IMG/VR virus record: IMGVR_UViG_3300047172_000194
Origin: an uncultured virus (IMG/VR IMGVR_UViG_3300047172_000194)
Taxonomy: Duplodnaviria > Heunggongvirae > Uroviricota > Caudoviricetes
Strand: one strand, 5' to 3'
DNA length: 64,000 nucleotides
A model generated the notes under the pieces. That model saw only the letters and a list, made by a program, of their open reading frames with translations, was not told the origin of the DNA and did not search any database. Numbering within the stretch: the stretch's first letter is position 1; every line of letters begins with the position of its first letter. The position numbers and the translations under genes were made by a program. Of the stretch, positions 18,462 through 27,904 are shown one piece after another.

Positions 18462-19112
18462 ATGGAACACGGGCACTCGGGGGAGGTCTTCGTGGCTTAC
18501 GACGAAAACTTCTACAAGCTATACGGCGAGTACCTGGAAGAGCCCAGGGTTCGACAGGTGCACAGGTTCGCCGTCAAGGCCCTGGCCCGCCATCCCGACT
18601 TCGATTGCGTTCTCGACATAGGCTGCGGCAGGCACAACGAGTTCCTGTCACTAAGGGGCGTGACATCTCGCGGCTTCGACAGCGTATACGTCGGGGTGGA
18701 CCAGAACGCGGGGACGTCCAGCAGCGAGTTCGTGGATCTCTGGTCTGGCGACTACCGCGCCAACGACGGAGAGCCCGCCGTAAAGCTCGCTGCCCTGGGA
18801 GAGCTCCACAGCGCCGTGTCCCTGTTCTCGACCGAGTGCACCGCGCCCGAGCCGGTCAACCGCGCGCTCTACGAGCGCCTGCTGACCGAGACGCCGATCC
18901 GCCGTCTCCTGGTCTCCGGGTTCTACTACGAGCACGCAGCGGGCGAGGAGACCGTGGGTGAGGCGGGTGGTCTCGTCTCCTACCAGACGATCGCCCCCAT
19001 CGAGGCGTGCAAGAGCGACGCCTACGTTGAGACCCGTCTGACCCTGCCGTGCCCGTCGCTGCTGTTCGGCGAGGATGTCATCGAGGTGTGGCGCCTGCTG
19101 GTCCGTCGCTGA
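18462..19112 (+). CDS. Class I SAM-dependent methyltransferase-like protein
   Basis: VLDIGCG and YVGVD motifs; alternative GTG start at 18492 has a better RBS. Confidence 0.6.
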   Translation: MEHGHSGEVFVAYDENFYKLYGEYLEEPRVRQVHRFAVKALARHPDFDCVLDIGCGRHNEFLSLRGVTSRGFDSVYVGVDQNAGTSSSEFVDLWSGDYRANDGEPAVKLAALGELHSAVSLFSTECTAPEPVNRALYERLLTETPIRRLLVSGFYYEHAAGEETVGEAGGLVSYQTIAPIEACKSDAYVETRLTLPCPSLLFGEDVIEVWRLLVRR

Positions 19113-19134
19113 AACCCAAGAAACGGAGGACACC

Positions 19135-19485
19135 ATGAAAATCCGCACGCTCGCCTGGGCCACCACGGCAGCGACCGCCATCCTGGGCTGCGCTTGGCTG
19201 TCGGCCACCGTCCATTCGCCGATGCCGCACGACGCGTGGATGACGCCCGGGCAGACCGGGGTCACCAACATCGTCGTGTTCGCCGTTTGGGCCCTGGTGT
19301 TCCGCGCCGCGTGGTTCCTGGGCAGCGTCCTCGAGCTCCTGGCCATCTTCCTGTGGGCGATGGCGACCCCGTATCGCCCCCGGGTCACTGTCCGGCACGA
19401 GCCGCTCACCGGCGATCAGTCTTGGGATGCACGGGACGAGGAACGCTGGGCACGGCATGCTGGAATGATGCGGGGGACGAACTGA
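19135..19485 (+). CDS. Membrane hypothetical protein
   Basis: GGAGGA RBS; hydrophobic helices. Confidence 0.55.
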   Translation: MKIRTLAWATTAATAILGCAWLSATVHSPMPHDAWMTPGQTGVTNIVVFAVWALVFRAAWFLGSVLELLAIFLWAMATPYRPRVTVRHEPLTGDQSWDARDEERWARHAGMMRGTN

Positions 19486-19970
19486 TGCGGGACCTGCGGG
19501 ATTGGTCGCTCTCAACCGACGAAAACGAGCGCAAGCTGGCCCTCGTCCAAGCGGCTATCGACGACATCGGCCTGGACTGCGACCTCGCGGAGGCCGACGC
19601 CGAGGCCGAGCGCGTCCTGGCGCTAACCGACGCCGAGGTTCGGGCAGAGGCTTTCGCACAGGGCCGCGACCTGCATGCGGACGCCGAGCGTCTGCGAGCG
19701 GCATGCGTTAGGGCGGCAGCCGAGGTCGAGTGGAAGCCCGGTGACCGGGTCCTGTGGGGAGAAGGCGCGGGCGCGGCGGCCACATTGCTGGGGCTCGCCC
19801 GCGACGAGGACACCGGCGATGTCCTGTTCTGCGACAGCGACGAGTGCCCCGACGGCGGGAGCGGCCCTGTGGCCCTTTGGCGCATCCGGTTCGACGGAGG
19901 ACGGGAAAAGCCGCGCTGCTGCGAGCGGGCCATCCGCGGGCGGGCGCCTGGGAACGGGGAGGCCGCGTGA
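19485..19970 (+). CDS. Hypothetical protein
   Basis: TGATG coupling at both ends. Confidence 0.5.
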   Translation: MRDLRDWSLSTDENERKLALVQAAIDDIGLDCDLAEADAEAERVLALTDAEVRAEAFAQGRDLHADAERLRAACVRAAAEVEWKPGDRVLWGEGAGAAATLLGLARDEDTGDVLFCDSDECPDGGSGPVALWRIRFDGGREKPRCCERAIRGRAPGNGEAA

Positions 19971-20887
19971 TGGCACATCCGAACGTAATCGCCATCCACG
20001 GCCGCGCCGGAGCAGGCAAGGGCGTCATCGCTGGTCACCTCGTCGAGCGGCACGGCTACACGGTCGTGAAGGTCGCCGCCCCGATCAAGGCCATGCTGCG
20101 GGCAGCCCTCCTCTACGGTGCCGGGCTCTGCGGCGAGGACATCGACCGTTGCATCGAGGGCGACCTCAAGGAGGTGCCGGTGCCCCGCCTGGGTGGCCAC
20201 ACCCCGCGATACGCCATGCAGATACTCGGCAGCGAGTTCCAGAACGCGGTCTGCCCCGGCATGTTCGCGCGCATGGCGGCGCAGGCGACCCGCCGGGTGG
20301 TCCAGGCGGGACGGCGCGCAGTAGTGGATGACCTGCGGTTCCCGGTGGAAGTAGGCCACCTGAGAGAACAGGGCGCCTCGTTTTGGCGCGTGGATCGCCC
20401 CGTTGCCCATGACGCCCCATCCAATGGACGCGCTTCCCGACCGACCCCTTGGGACCCGGTAGAGCCTACGTCGGTGCCGGATCAGGATGTCGTCTTCCAT
20501 ATGGTCTGGGCGCTCCTACTGAGCAGCGGGCTAGACGAGAAGGACGCCCTGGAGCGCTTGGCGGGATACCGCGGCAACGAGCCCTGGGGGTTCATCGGGA
20601 AGTCGGCAAACGTGTGCCACTACGCCCTGTCGGCCATCTGGCTCGAACGGCTTCGGCAGACGACCCCGGTGAGCATGAACGCCACGGAGGATGGGCAGCC
20701 CATTCCCAGCTACGAGGAATGGCTGCTGCGAACAGAACACGTCTCGGAGCGCGGGTTGACCGCAGATACGTTCGACGTCGTGCTGGTGAACCGGGGGACG
20801 GAACACGACCTCTATTGTGAGGTCGAGCGCGCATTGCAACGGCATCCCATGCCCTATTTCGGCATCGCGGAGAGGAGGGCGGCATGA
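19970..20887 (+). CDS. Deoxynucleoside monophosphate kinase-like protein
   Basis: IAIHGRAGAGK, TPRYAMQILGSE, VVDDLRFPVE, HVSE. Confidence 0.82.
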   Translation: MAHPNVIAIHGRAGAGKGVIAGHLVERHGYTVVKVAAPIKAMLRAALLYGAGLCGEDIDRCIEGDLKEVPVPRLGGHTPRYAMQILGSEFQNAVCPGMFARMAAQATRRVVQAGRRAVVDDLRFPVEVGHLREQGASFWRVDRPVAHDAPSNGRASRPTPWDPVEPTSVPDQDVVFHMVWALLLSSGLDEKDALERLAGYRGNEPWGFIGKSANVCHYALSAIWLERLRQTTPVSMNATEDGQPIPSYEEWLLRTEHVSERGLTADTFDVVLVNRGTEHDLYCEVERALQRHPMPYFGIAERRAA

Positions 20888-21090
20888 CCCACTCAGGCTG
20901 CCTCGAGGACATCCAGGTGTCCGCCCGCTCCGACATCGAGAGCCGGATCACGGCGTCCGACCCGTCCAAGGCAGACGCCGTGACATGGTCGCGGGCGGCC
21001 CTGGCGTGGTCCATGGATGGCAGCGCCCTCGAGGCGCAGGCCGTCCTGTGGCGCCTCCGCGACCTCGGCTACGATGTGGTGCGCCGGTGA
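20884..21090 (+). CDS. Hypothetical protein
   Basis: ATGA coupling, GGAGG RBS. Confidence 0.45.
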   Translation: MTHSGCLEDIQVSARSDIESRITASDPSKADAVTWSRAALAWSMDGSALEAQAVLWRLRDLGYDVVRR

Positions 21091-21290
21091 GCCGCTACGC
21101 CGCCCTGAACCGTCCCAGGCACCCGCGCTCCGACGCGTTCGACGATGGCGTCTGGTGGGACGACTCCTGCGGCTCCATCGACGTCTACGAGGCCGACCGG
21201 CGCCCGGTGGACACGGGTCTCCTCGACCACCACGGGACCCCGATCTACAGGCTGCCCGAGCCGCGGCGCATCGGGTTTCGCCCTCTATAA
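21087..21290 (+). CDS. Hypothetical protein
   Basis: DTGLLDHHGTPIYR motif; GTGA coupling. Confidence 0.5.
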   Translation: MSRYAALNRPRHPRSDAFDDGVWWDDSCGSIDVYEADRRPVDTGLLDHHGTPIYRLPEPRRIGFRPL

Positions 21291-21302
21291 AAAGGACGCC
21301 CC

Positions 21303-21488
21303 ATGCCCGCCGTCGGACAGCTGGTGACCGTATTGGCGCCCTCCCTGGACGACGATGGCCACGCGTTCCACGGGATGCGGGGCACCGTCGCGGGCGTCGG
21401 CGACCGGCTCGCGGGCCTCGTCCACGTGCGGATCGGGAACCTGTCGGTGCTGATGCCCGTCAAGCAAATAGTCGAACCGAGTTGCTAG
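21303..21488 (+). CDS. Hypothetical protein (KOW-like)
   Basis: GQLVTV...FHGMRGTV; AAGGA RBS. Confidence 0.45.
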   Translation: MPAVGQLVTVLAPSLDDDGHAFHGMRGTVAGVGDRLAGLVHVRIGNLSVLMPVKQIVEPSC

Positions 21489-21551
21489 GTCGCAATCGCC
21501 GTCGATGGTATCCTTTGAATACGGCCCTCGGGGGAGGGCATCAGGGGGACA
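21479..21551 (+). promoter_or_regulatory. Cassette leader: long-spaced promoter motif, GGGG hairpin and RBS (near-identical copy at 22369-22441)
   Basis: GAGTTGCTAGGTCGCAATCGCC..TATCCTTTGAATACGGCCCTCGGGGGAGGGCATCAGG. Confidence 0.75.
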
Positions 21552-21556
21552 AGAAA

Positions 21557-21799
21557 ATGGCCATTCTCCACACCGACGACATGACGAACACCTGCACCGT
21601 GACCATGAAGGACGGCCGCGAGGTCAACCTTCGCGGCCAAGGGCATGCAGTGAACGAAATCATCGCTCTGCTCACGAAGCACGGCCTCCGCTGGAACGAG
21701 GAGGTCGAGGTCCTGGACTTCGGGTTCTACGACAGCACACCGAAGGCCCGCCGCCGCGAAGACCTGGCGTCACGCCGTCGTGTTACTCAACCACGATGA
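21557..21799 (+). CDS. Cassette hypothetical protein
   Basis: Follows cassette leader, precedes terminator. Confidence 0.6.
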   Translation: MAILHTDDMTNTCTVTMKDGREVNLRGQGHAVNEIIALLTKHGLRWNEEVEVLDFGFYDSTPKARRREDLASRRRVTQPR

Positions 21800-21832
21800 T
21801 GCGGCCGCCACCATAGCCAATGTCGCCACCAC

Positions 21833-21866
21833 AAAGGGCCGCTTCCGGAAACGGGGCGTCCCTTTT
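21833..21866 (+). terminator. Repeated cassette terminator (family also at 22324, 23120, 23658, 24790, 25610, 26081, 29499, 34133)
   Basis: AGGGCCGCTTCCGGAAACGGGGCG.CCCTTTT hairpin plus T tract. Confidence 0.75.
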
Positions 21867-21979
21867 TCATGCCCGGTGTCGTCAACAACTTCGCGGTGCT
21901 GACTTGCTAGGTTTCCGGCGGGCGCGGTGGGTATCCTGCGAATACGGCCCTCGGGGGAGGGCATAAGGGGGACGCCATC

Positions 21980-22303
21980 ATGGACAACATCACTCCGATA
22001 GCCACCGAAATCCTGGCACTCACCGCGCAGATGGCGCCGCTTGAGGCTCGCCTGGAAGTCCTCAAGGGTCAGCTCCGTGACGCAGCGCAGCCCGCCACCT
22101 ACACCGTCGCGGGCGTCGGCAAAGTGACGCTGGCAGCCGCCGTGCCCGAGGGCAGCAAGACCGAGCTGGTCCTGGACGTCGCCAAGTTCGAGGCGTCCGA
22201 CGCGGAGGTCACCGTTTGGCTGCGCGAGAACGGCCTCGTGTTCGACAAGGTCACGAAGACGCCCGCCCGCAAGTCGGCCGTGAAGGTGACCCTGAACGCC
22301 TGA
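21980..22303 (+). CDS. Cassette hypothetical protein
   Basis: Leader at 21901, terminator at 22324. Confidence 0.65.
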   Translation: MDNITPIATEILALTAQMAPLEARLEVLKGQLRDAAQPATYTVAGVGKVTLAAAVPEGSKTELVLDVAKFEASDAEVTVWLRENGLVFDKVTKTPARKSAVKVTLNA

Positions 22304-22446
22304 ACAGCAATGTCGCCGACACGAGGGCCGCTTCCGGAAACGGGGCGGCCTTTTCATTTCCCGTGTTCGAGTTGCTAGGTCGCAATCGCCACGCGTGATA
22401 TCCTTTGAATACGGCCCTCGGGGGAGGGCATCAGGAGGACAGGATC

Positions 22447-23079
22447 ATGGCATACCGCATCACAGAGAGCGACGAACCCAACCGTCTCCGCGTTGAGTTC
22501 GACGATGCCTCTTTCGGCGCCGCCGCCATGCGGGGCGTGAACCGCGTCGGCGGCCGCCGCGATGCCGATGGGCAAACCACGCACTACGTGTTCCCTCCCG
22601 AGGTGCAGGCCGACGTTGAGGCGGCCATCGCCAGGGCTGCCGCCAGGATCGAGGCGCAGCGTGAATGGGAAGCCTCCGCGCCGCAGCGCGCGCTGGAAGC
22701 TGCTGCGTCCGCGAAGGCCGCGAAGGCTGCGGAAATCGCCCTCGCCGACGCGCAGGTCCACGCAGAAATCCGGGAATGCGGCGAGCAGGCGTTCTCGCTG
22801 CACATGGGATACGTGAAGGGCGCCCCGGCAAAGCTTAGGAAGGCAGGCGCCAGCTGGGACGTCCTGGGCCGCTGCTGGGTCTTCTCGGCCTCGAAGCGGT
22901 CCGCTATCGAGAAGCTGCTGCCAGCGCTCAAGCTCCTCGCGGTGAAGCAGGTTGGCCGCGGCTACGAAGGCATAAGTGACGACGACCTCGAGGGGATGGC
23001 GCAGGATGGCGTGCTCGGGAACGACATCAACGCCAGTGCCCGCGACCTGCGCCGGGACTTGAGGAACGGACGCATCTGA
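22447..23079 (+). CDS. Cassette protein with DUF5710/HARP-like motif
   Basis: LRKAGASWDVLGRCWVF; AGGAGG RBS. Confidence 0.6.
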   Translation: MAYRITESDEPNRLRVEFDDASFGAAAMRGVNRVGGRRDADGQTTHYVFPPEVQADVEAAIARAAARIEAQREWEASAPQRALEAAASAKAAKAAEIALADAQVHAEIRECGEQAFSLHMGYVKGAPAKLRKAGASWDVLGRCWVFSASKRSAIEKLLPALKLLAVKQVGRGYEGISDDDLEGMAQDGVLGNDINASARDLRRDLRNGRI

Positions 23080-23208
23080 GCGCCGGTCTCCGGCACGGAG
23101 CCATGGACTGCCGCCACCGAGGGCCGCTTCCGGAAACGGGGCGGCCCTTCTGATTTCCGATCCGAAATCGCGTCTCCGATGGTATCCTTTGCGCAGGAGG
23201 AAACCGAC

Positions 23209-23391
23209 ATGCGCACCATCGCTCTCCACGTTGCGGCGTTCGCTGCCGCCATCAACCTCACGATCGTCCTGGTGGGCCTGGGCGGCCTGTGCCACGGCGA
23301 CGTATCCGACGCCCTGCTCGTCGTCACTTTCGGCTTCCTCGCGGCGGGCGCCTGGTCCGGTGTGGCCTACTGCAGGAGCGCGCGGCCATGA
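23209..23391 (+). CDS. Small membrane protein
   Basis: AGGAGG RBS; two hydrophobic helices. Confidence 0.55.
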   Translation: MRTIALHVAAFAAAINLTIVLVGLGGLCHGDVSDALLVVTFGFLAAGAWSGVAYCRSARP

Positions 23392-23636
23392 GCACGATCA
23401 GGTCACGCCTCGACCTCCCGGCCCTCTGCGAGGCCCTGGACACCATGCGCATCCGTCGGTCGCTGAACTGGAAGCAGGTCTCCGAGGCCACCGGCGTAAG
23501 CCAATCTACCCTGTCGCGGATGACCTTGCACGGAAAGGCGCCCACCGTGGACAACTTCCTATCGCTGATCAGATGGCTCGGAATATCTGCGGAACGCTTT
23601 TACGCAAACGGTCACCCAGGCATCCTGGCGCGCTGA
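23388..23636 (+). CDS. XRE-family HTH regulator
   Basis: SLNWKQVSEATGVSQSTLSRM..GKAPTVD. Confidence 0.78.
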   Translation: MSTIRSRLDLPALCEALDTMRIRRSLNWKQVSEATGVSQSTLSRMTLHGKAPTVDNFLSLIRWLGISAERFYANGHPGILAR

Positions 23637-23765
23637 GCCGACCGATACCAACAAACAAAGGCCGCCTCCATCCCGGGGCGGCCTTCTGCATTTTAGCGCA
23701 CAAGAGTTGCTAGGTAGCAATCGGACCCGGTGGTATTCTCGGTGCACGAACCAAGGAGGACACCC

Positions 23766-24557
23766 ATGCACATCGCAATTCGGCAGAGACAATCGTATAT
23801 TGGCGGCTCTCGGTTTCCGGTGGTTACGATGCAGGACTTCCTTGCCAAGTTCGCGGAGTTCGAGGCCAAGGAGTCGGCCGAGGACCAGGCGGCAATCGTC
23901 ACGGTGGCGTTCGAGTACGACGAGCAGCTGGTGGCGCTCCGGCGCGACGCGGCGCCATCTGGCCGGTTCGACCGGCAAGCGAAGATATGGCGGGTCCGCC
24001 GCGACGAGGCGTGGAACCTGCTCCGCTCGGCTGACCACCAGTGCACCGAGCGCGGCGTCGAGAAGGAAATCGTCCTCAACGGACAGACGGTGACCGTGGG
24101 CTGCCCCGGCGCCGAGTCAGCCGCGCTGGCGGCGGTCGCCGAGGCCCGCGCGGAGAAGAAGCGGGCGGACATGGCCGAGGCCGACCGGCTGGAATCGGAG
24201 CGCCGGAAGGCCGAGGCGCTGGCGTCCGAGCGTGAGCGCGTGAAGCGCCTGACGGAGACCGAGCTGGCGCGTATCATCATCATGAAGAACACGACCAAGC
24301 GGCTGAAGTACGAAGTGCGGACGCTGGACGGCAAGGGCGACATTGACGCCATGCTGGTCACTGCCGACGGCCAGCGGATCTGGATCACCGGGCTCCTGGA
24401 GGACGAGGAGGTCAGGCAGAGCCGCCGGGTCAGCGTCCGCTACCTGAAGGTGCCCGTCCTGACCGGCGGCCACCACGTCGTCGTGACGGTCAACGCCCCG
24501 AACAAGAAACCGTCACGCAGCGCCGTCCGGCTCGAGGAAGAGGAGCTCGCGGCATGA
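23766..24557 (+). CDS. Cassette protein with HARP-like motif
   Basis: FEYDEQLVALRR..PSGRFDRQAKIWRV; AAGGAGG RBS. Confidence 0.6.
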   Translation: MHIAIRQRQSYIGGSRFPVVTMQDFLAKFAEFEAKESAEDQAAIVTVAFEYDEQLVALRRDAAPSGRFDRQAKIWRVRRDEAWNLLRSADHQCTERGVEKEIVLNGQTVTVGCPGAESAALAAVAEARAEKKRADMAEADRLESERRKAEALASERERVKRLTETELARIIIMKNTTKRLKYEVRTLDGKGDIDAMLVTADGQRIWITGLLEDEEVRQSRRVSVRYLKVPVLTGGHHVVVTVNAPNKKPSRSAVRLEEEELAA

Positions 24558-24766
24558 CCCAACAGGAGAAGGAGGACCTCAAGGTAAGGGTGGCGGACGC
24601 GTTCCTGAAGCGCTGGCCGCACCTGAAGCATAGCCGCCCCCTGATGCTCGGCAGCCCGATGCACATGCGGAAGTTCCGGCACAACTTCGCCAGGCTGGCG
24701 ATACCCGACACGATCAGCATGCTCGACCTGCACCAGTGGACCATGATCTCCATCGAGGACCTCTGA
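24554..24766 (+). CDS. Hypothetical protein
   Basis: ATGA coupling; terminator follows. Confidence 0.5.
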   Translation: MTQQEKEDLKVRVADAFLKRWPHLKHSRPLMLGSPMHMRKFRHNFARLAIPDTISMLDLHQWTMISIEDL

Positions 24767-24867
24767 CGCCAGCGCCGTCCACCGGCACCAGGGCCGCGTC
24801 CATCCCGGGGGCGGCCTTTTCCTTGTCCGGCTTGCCTCGCCACCGGATGCGGGATACCCACCCCGCC

Positions 24868-25155
24868 ATGGCAATCGCTCAGACAATCAATCTCACAGGC
24901 CTGGACCGCGGCGAGCGCATCGCCCTGGCGGCCGCCTACCAGCGCGCCGCAAGGCGCGTCCGCGGATGGGACGGCGAAGTCGAGGCCGCCGTCGAGGAAC
25001 TGCTGAAAGCCGTGCTGGCGGGCGACGACGAGGTCAGCCTGACGGTCGAGGAAGTCGATCTCGCCAACGGTCGGCTCGCCAGGCTCGTCCGCGAGCCCCG
25101 ACACGAGGCGCCAGAACTCGTCGCAATAGCCAATAAGGTCGTCGAACTGCTCTGA
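24868..25155 (+). CDS. Hypothetical protein
   Basis: Lies between a terminator and the next leader. Confidence 0.55.
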   Translation: MAIAQTINLTGLDRGERIALAAAYQRAARRVRGWDGEVEAAVEELLKAVLAGDDEVSLTVEEVDLANGRLARLVREPRHEAPELVAIANKVVELL

Positions 25156-25233
25156 GTTGCTAGGTCCGCCGCGTGCCGGAATGGTATCGTTCTTCATGGG
25201 CCCTCGTGGGGAGGGCTTGAGGAGGACCTCACC

Positions 25234-25587
25234 ATGAACAGCCAAGCCATCACGATCACCATCAGCGGGCCGCAGGGCAGCGGCAAGTCGCGTGCAGCCT
25301 CCGTGCTCAAGCGGAACCTGTGGGACGCCGGGTTCGTGTTCGAAGACTTCGGATCTCACCCGATGAGCGAAGCCTGCGCCCGCAAGCTGACCGCCGAGCT
25401 CGAGAAGAGGGCAGCCGGTAGGCCGTGCGCCATCATCAAGGAGGTGCTGGAGTTGAGGACGGATACGGTCGACACGTTCGCCTTCAAGGCTGGTTCCGTG
25501 AAGCCGTTCCTGGTGGACGAAATGGAGCCCGCGCCCATGGACCGGGAACGCTGCCAAGCCGTCCTGGACGCCGCCCGCGCAGCCTGA
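25234..25587 (+). CDS. Small P-loop-motif protein
   Basis: ITISGPQGSGKS; AGGAGG RBS. Confidence 0.6.
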   Translation: MNSQAITITISGPQGSGKSRAASVLKRNLWDAGFVFEDFGSHPMSEACARKLTAELEKRAAGRPCAIIKEVLELRTDTVDTFAFKAGSVKPFLVDEMEPAPMDRERCQAVLDAARAA

Positions 25588-25725
25588 ACGCCGCTCTTCG
25601 CCGACACCGAGGGCCGCATCCATCCGGGTGCGGCCCTTTTCCTTGTGCGACTTGCTTCATCCCCGGCAGACCCCGGTGGTATCCTTGCCTCAACGCCCTC
25701 GGGGGAGGGCATCCAGGAGGCCACC

Positions 25726-26055
25726 ATGCAAGCCAGCGCACTCGTATCGTTTCCATACGACACCACCCTCGTCGCCATCCGGCGGACGCACGCCCCGCGG
25801 GCCTACTGGCTGTCCGCCGACAAGGCATGGCGGATGGCCAACGGCGAGGCGACCGCCTTCCTCGGCGCGGCCGACGCGTCCCTCAAGGCTTCCGGCAGCG
25901 CGGTGACGGCGCTTGTGGACGGCGAGCCTCGGCGCCTCGGCGTGCCCGAGCCGGTCAAGGCCGCGCCGAAGACCGTCGCCGGTCATCAGGTCCTCCCCGC
26001 GCCCCGGAACGCGAAGGAGGCACGGGCCCGGCGCCACGAGGTGAAGGCCGCCTGA
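25726..26055 (+). CDS. Cassette protein with HARP-like motif
   Basis: SFPYDTTLVAIRR..PRAYWLSADKAWRM; AGGAGG RBS. Confidence 0.6.
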   Translation: MQASALVSFPYDTTLVAIRRTHAPRAYWLSADKAWRMANGEATAFLGAADASLKASGSAVTALVDGEPRRLGVPEPVKAAPKTVAGHQVLPAPRNAKEARARRHEVKAA

Positions 26056-26195
26056 CCGGTCCGCGACGTCGCGCTGCCACGAGGGCCGCTTCCGGGAACG
26101 GGGCGGCCCTCTTGCATGGCCCGTGCAACATTCCTGGGGACATCCACGGCTCATGATGCTACCGTCCGCGCATCCAAAATGGACGGAGTATCCCC

Positions 26196-26438
26196 GTGTT
26201 CGGCTTGTTCTCCCTCTTCAGCTCGGTCGCCAAGGCCGCCCCGAGCGCAAACGTAGTGAAGCAGGTCGTGGGTTTCGCGACAGCCGAATCAAAGCGGGTG
26301 GCGGTTCTGGCGCAGAAGTCGACCAAGTTCGCGGCGGCGGGCAATGCCGTGGCCGCCCAGCGTTACGCCACCGCCGCAGCCACGAAGGCGGCTCGCGTAG
26401 CAAAAGCAACCGAAAACCTGTCCAAGCGGCTGCCCTGA
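26196..26438 (+). CDS. Small basic Ala-rich hypothetical protein
   Basis: GGAG RBS before GTG. Confidence 0.4.
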   Translation: MFGLFSLFSSVAKAAPSANVVKQVVGFATAESKRVAVLAQKSTKFAAAGNAVAAQRYATAAATKAARVAKATENLSKRLP

Positions 26439-26720
26439 CACGGGCACCCTGCGGCGAAGGGAACGTCTTCCGATCCGGCGTCTAACAGGTTTGTGTATAA
26501 CCGCGAACCCTTGCGCGGCTCCCGCGTGCGCGATGTCCTCGGGGTCAACACCGGGGATAGCATCAGCTGGAACCGGCCAACCGACAGCACGCTGCCGGGA
26601 TTTCTGGGGACCGTGCGGGCCTAACCTCCAAGGAGGCCAATCTCCTCGCGAACGCCATCGGCGCAAGCTGCTGGCCTATGCGATAGCAGCGGTCCGGCGC
26701 ACCATCCGGGTAGCCTGAAG

Positions 26721-26750
26721 ACGCTATCAACGCGGAACAGTTGATAGCGT
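26721..26750. other. Perfect 11-8-11 inverted repeat
   Basis: ACGCTATCAAC-GCGGAACA-GTTGATAGCGT. Confidence 0.7.
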
Positions 26751-27904
26751 TGACCGAATCCCCCGCGGACGTCCATGGCGTCAGTGTGCGTTACCTCTCA
26801 CTCTTCTCGGGCGTAGGGAGCTGCGCCGTGGCGATCGGGCGCCTTGGCCTGCCCTGGGAGGCCGTCGCATTCGTGGAGGACGATCCGGCGGCCTGCGCCG
26901 TCCTCGCGCACCACCGGCGGGCGCCGAACCTCGGCGACATCCGGAGCGTGGATTTCCGGCCCTACCGCGGAAAGGTCGACATCGTACTGGGTGGCCCGCC
27001 TTGCCAGGATTACTCCGTGGCCGGTAAGCAAGCAGGCTCAGGGGGCACGCGCGGCGCGCTGCTGGGGGAGTACCTGCGTGCGCTCGAAGAAATCCGGCCA
27101 AGGTGGGCGGTCCTCGAAAATGTCCCCGGGTTGCTCGGGACCGGCACCAAGAACGGTACGCGACGAGGAGGGGATTTTGGAGCCTTGCTCGGGCGGCTGG
27201 GGCAGCTCGGGTTCCGTTCGATTTCGTGGAGGGTGGTGGACTCGCGATTTTTCACTGTCCCCCAACGCAGGGCTCGGCTGTGGATTTTGTGCAGTCGTCG
27301 AGACTGGGACGGACCTGAGCGCGTACTCGGTCTCCCCCCGGGCGGCCGCGGGCATCCTGAGGCGGGCGAAGAGGAAGGGGAAGCGGGTTCCGGCACCGCT
27401 CCTGGAAGCCCTGATGCCCTCGACCGACTGACTGGCTGGCGGCGGCCGCCGCGGCGGGCGGGGACCGGAGGCGATCCCACGGCGCTGGCGGTGGACTTCC
27501 GACACCTGTCGTTGTCGCGCGTCGCACCGACGCTGACCACCGGCGGCGTCGGCATCAGCCTGAACGTGGTCCACGGGGTGCTGCACGCCGATACGCACAA
27601 CCTCCGCGTCGGGCAGGTCGCCCAGACCTTGAGGTCGGATTCCGACGCAGCCGCGTCGCACCAGGGCTGCGCGCTGCTCCACGACGGCCGTCGGTGGGTC
27701 GCCCGAAGGCTCACGCCATTGGAGTGCGGCCGTCTGCAGGGACTGGACGACGACCATTTCGACGGGGTCCAGCTCCGCGGCCGCCCGCTGACGGACGCCG
27801 CCAAATACAGATTGCTGGGCAACTGTTGGACCGTGCCGGTGGCCGCCTGGGTTCTCGAACGCCTCGCCGCCGTGGATGCCCTCAGTCGAGGAAATCGACC
27901 TTGA
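26741..27904 (+). CDS. DNA (cytosine-5)-methyltransferase 1
   Basis: LFSGVG, GGPPCQ, ENV, QRRAR, RRLTPLEC, LGN motifs; true start may be GTG 26786. Confidence 0.9.
   Translation: MIALTESPADVHGVSVRYLSLFSGVGSCAVAIGRLGLPWEAVAFVEDDPAACAVLAHHRRAPNLGDIRSVDFRPYRGKVDIVLGGPPCQDYSVAGKQAGSGGTRGALLGEYLRALEEIRPRWAVLENVPGLLGTGTKNGTRRGGDFGALLGRLGQLGFRSISWRVVDSRFFTVPQRRARLWILCSRRDWDGPERVLGLPPGGRGHPEAGEEEGEAGSGTAPGSPDALDRLTGWRRPPRRAGTGGDPTALAVDFRHLSLSRVAPTLTTGGVGISLNVVHGVLHADTHNLRVGQVAQTLRSDSDAAASHQGCALLHDGRRWVARRLTPLECGRLQGLDDDHFDGVQLRGRPLTDAAKYRLLGNCWTVPVAAWVLERLAAVDALSRGNRP

Noticed and set aside
21479..26111. CRISPR array interpretation of the repeats
   Set aside because: Repeats are separated by whole ORFs of hundreds of bp, not 30-40 bp spacers, and no cas genes are visible.
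26440..26720. Possible ncRNA in the intergenic gap before MTase 1
   Set aside because: I could not identify a recognisable family or a convincing extended structure by eye.
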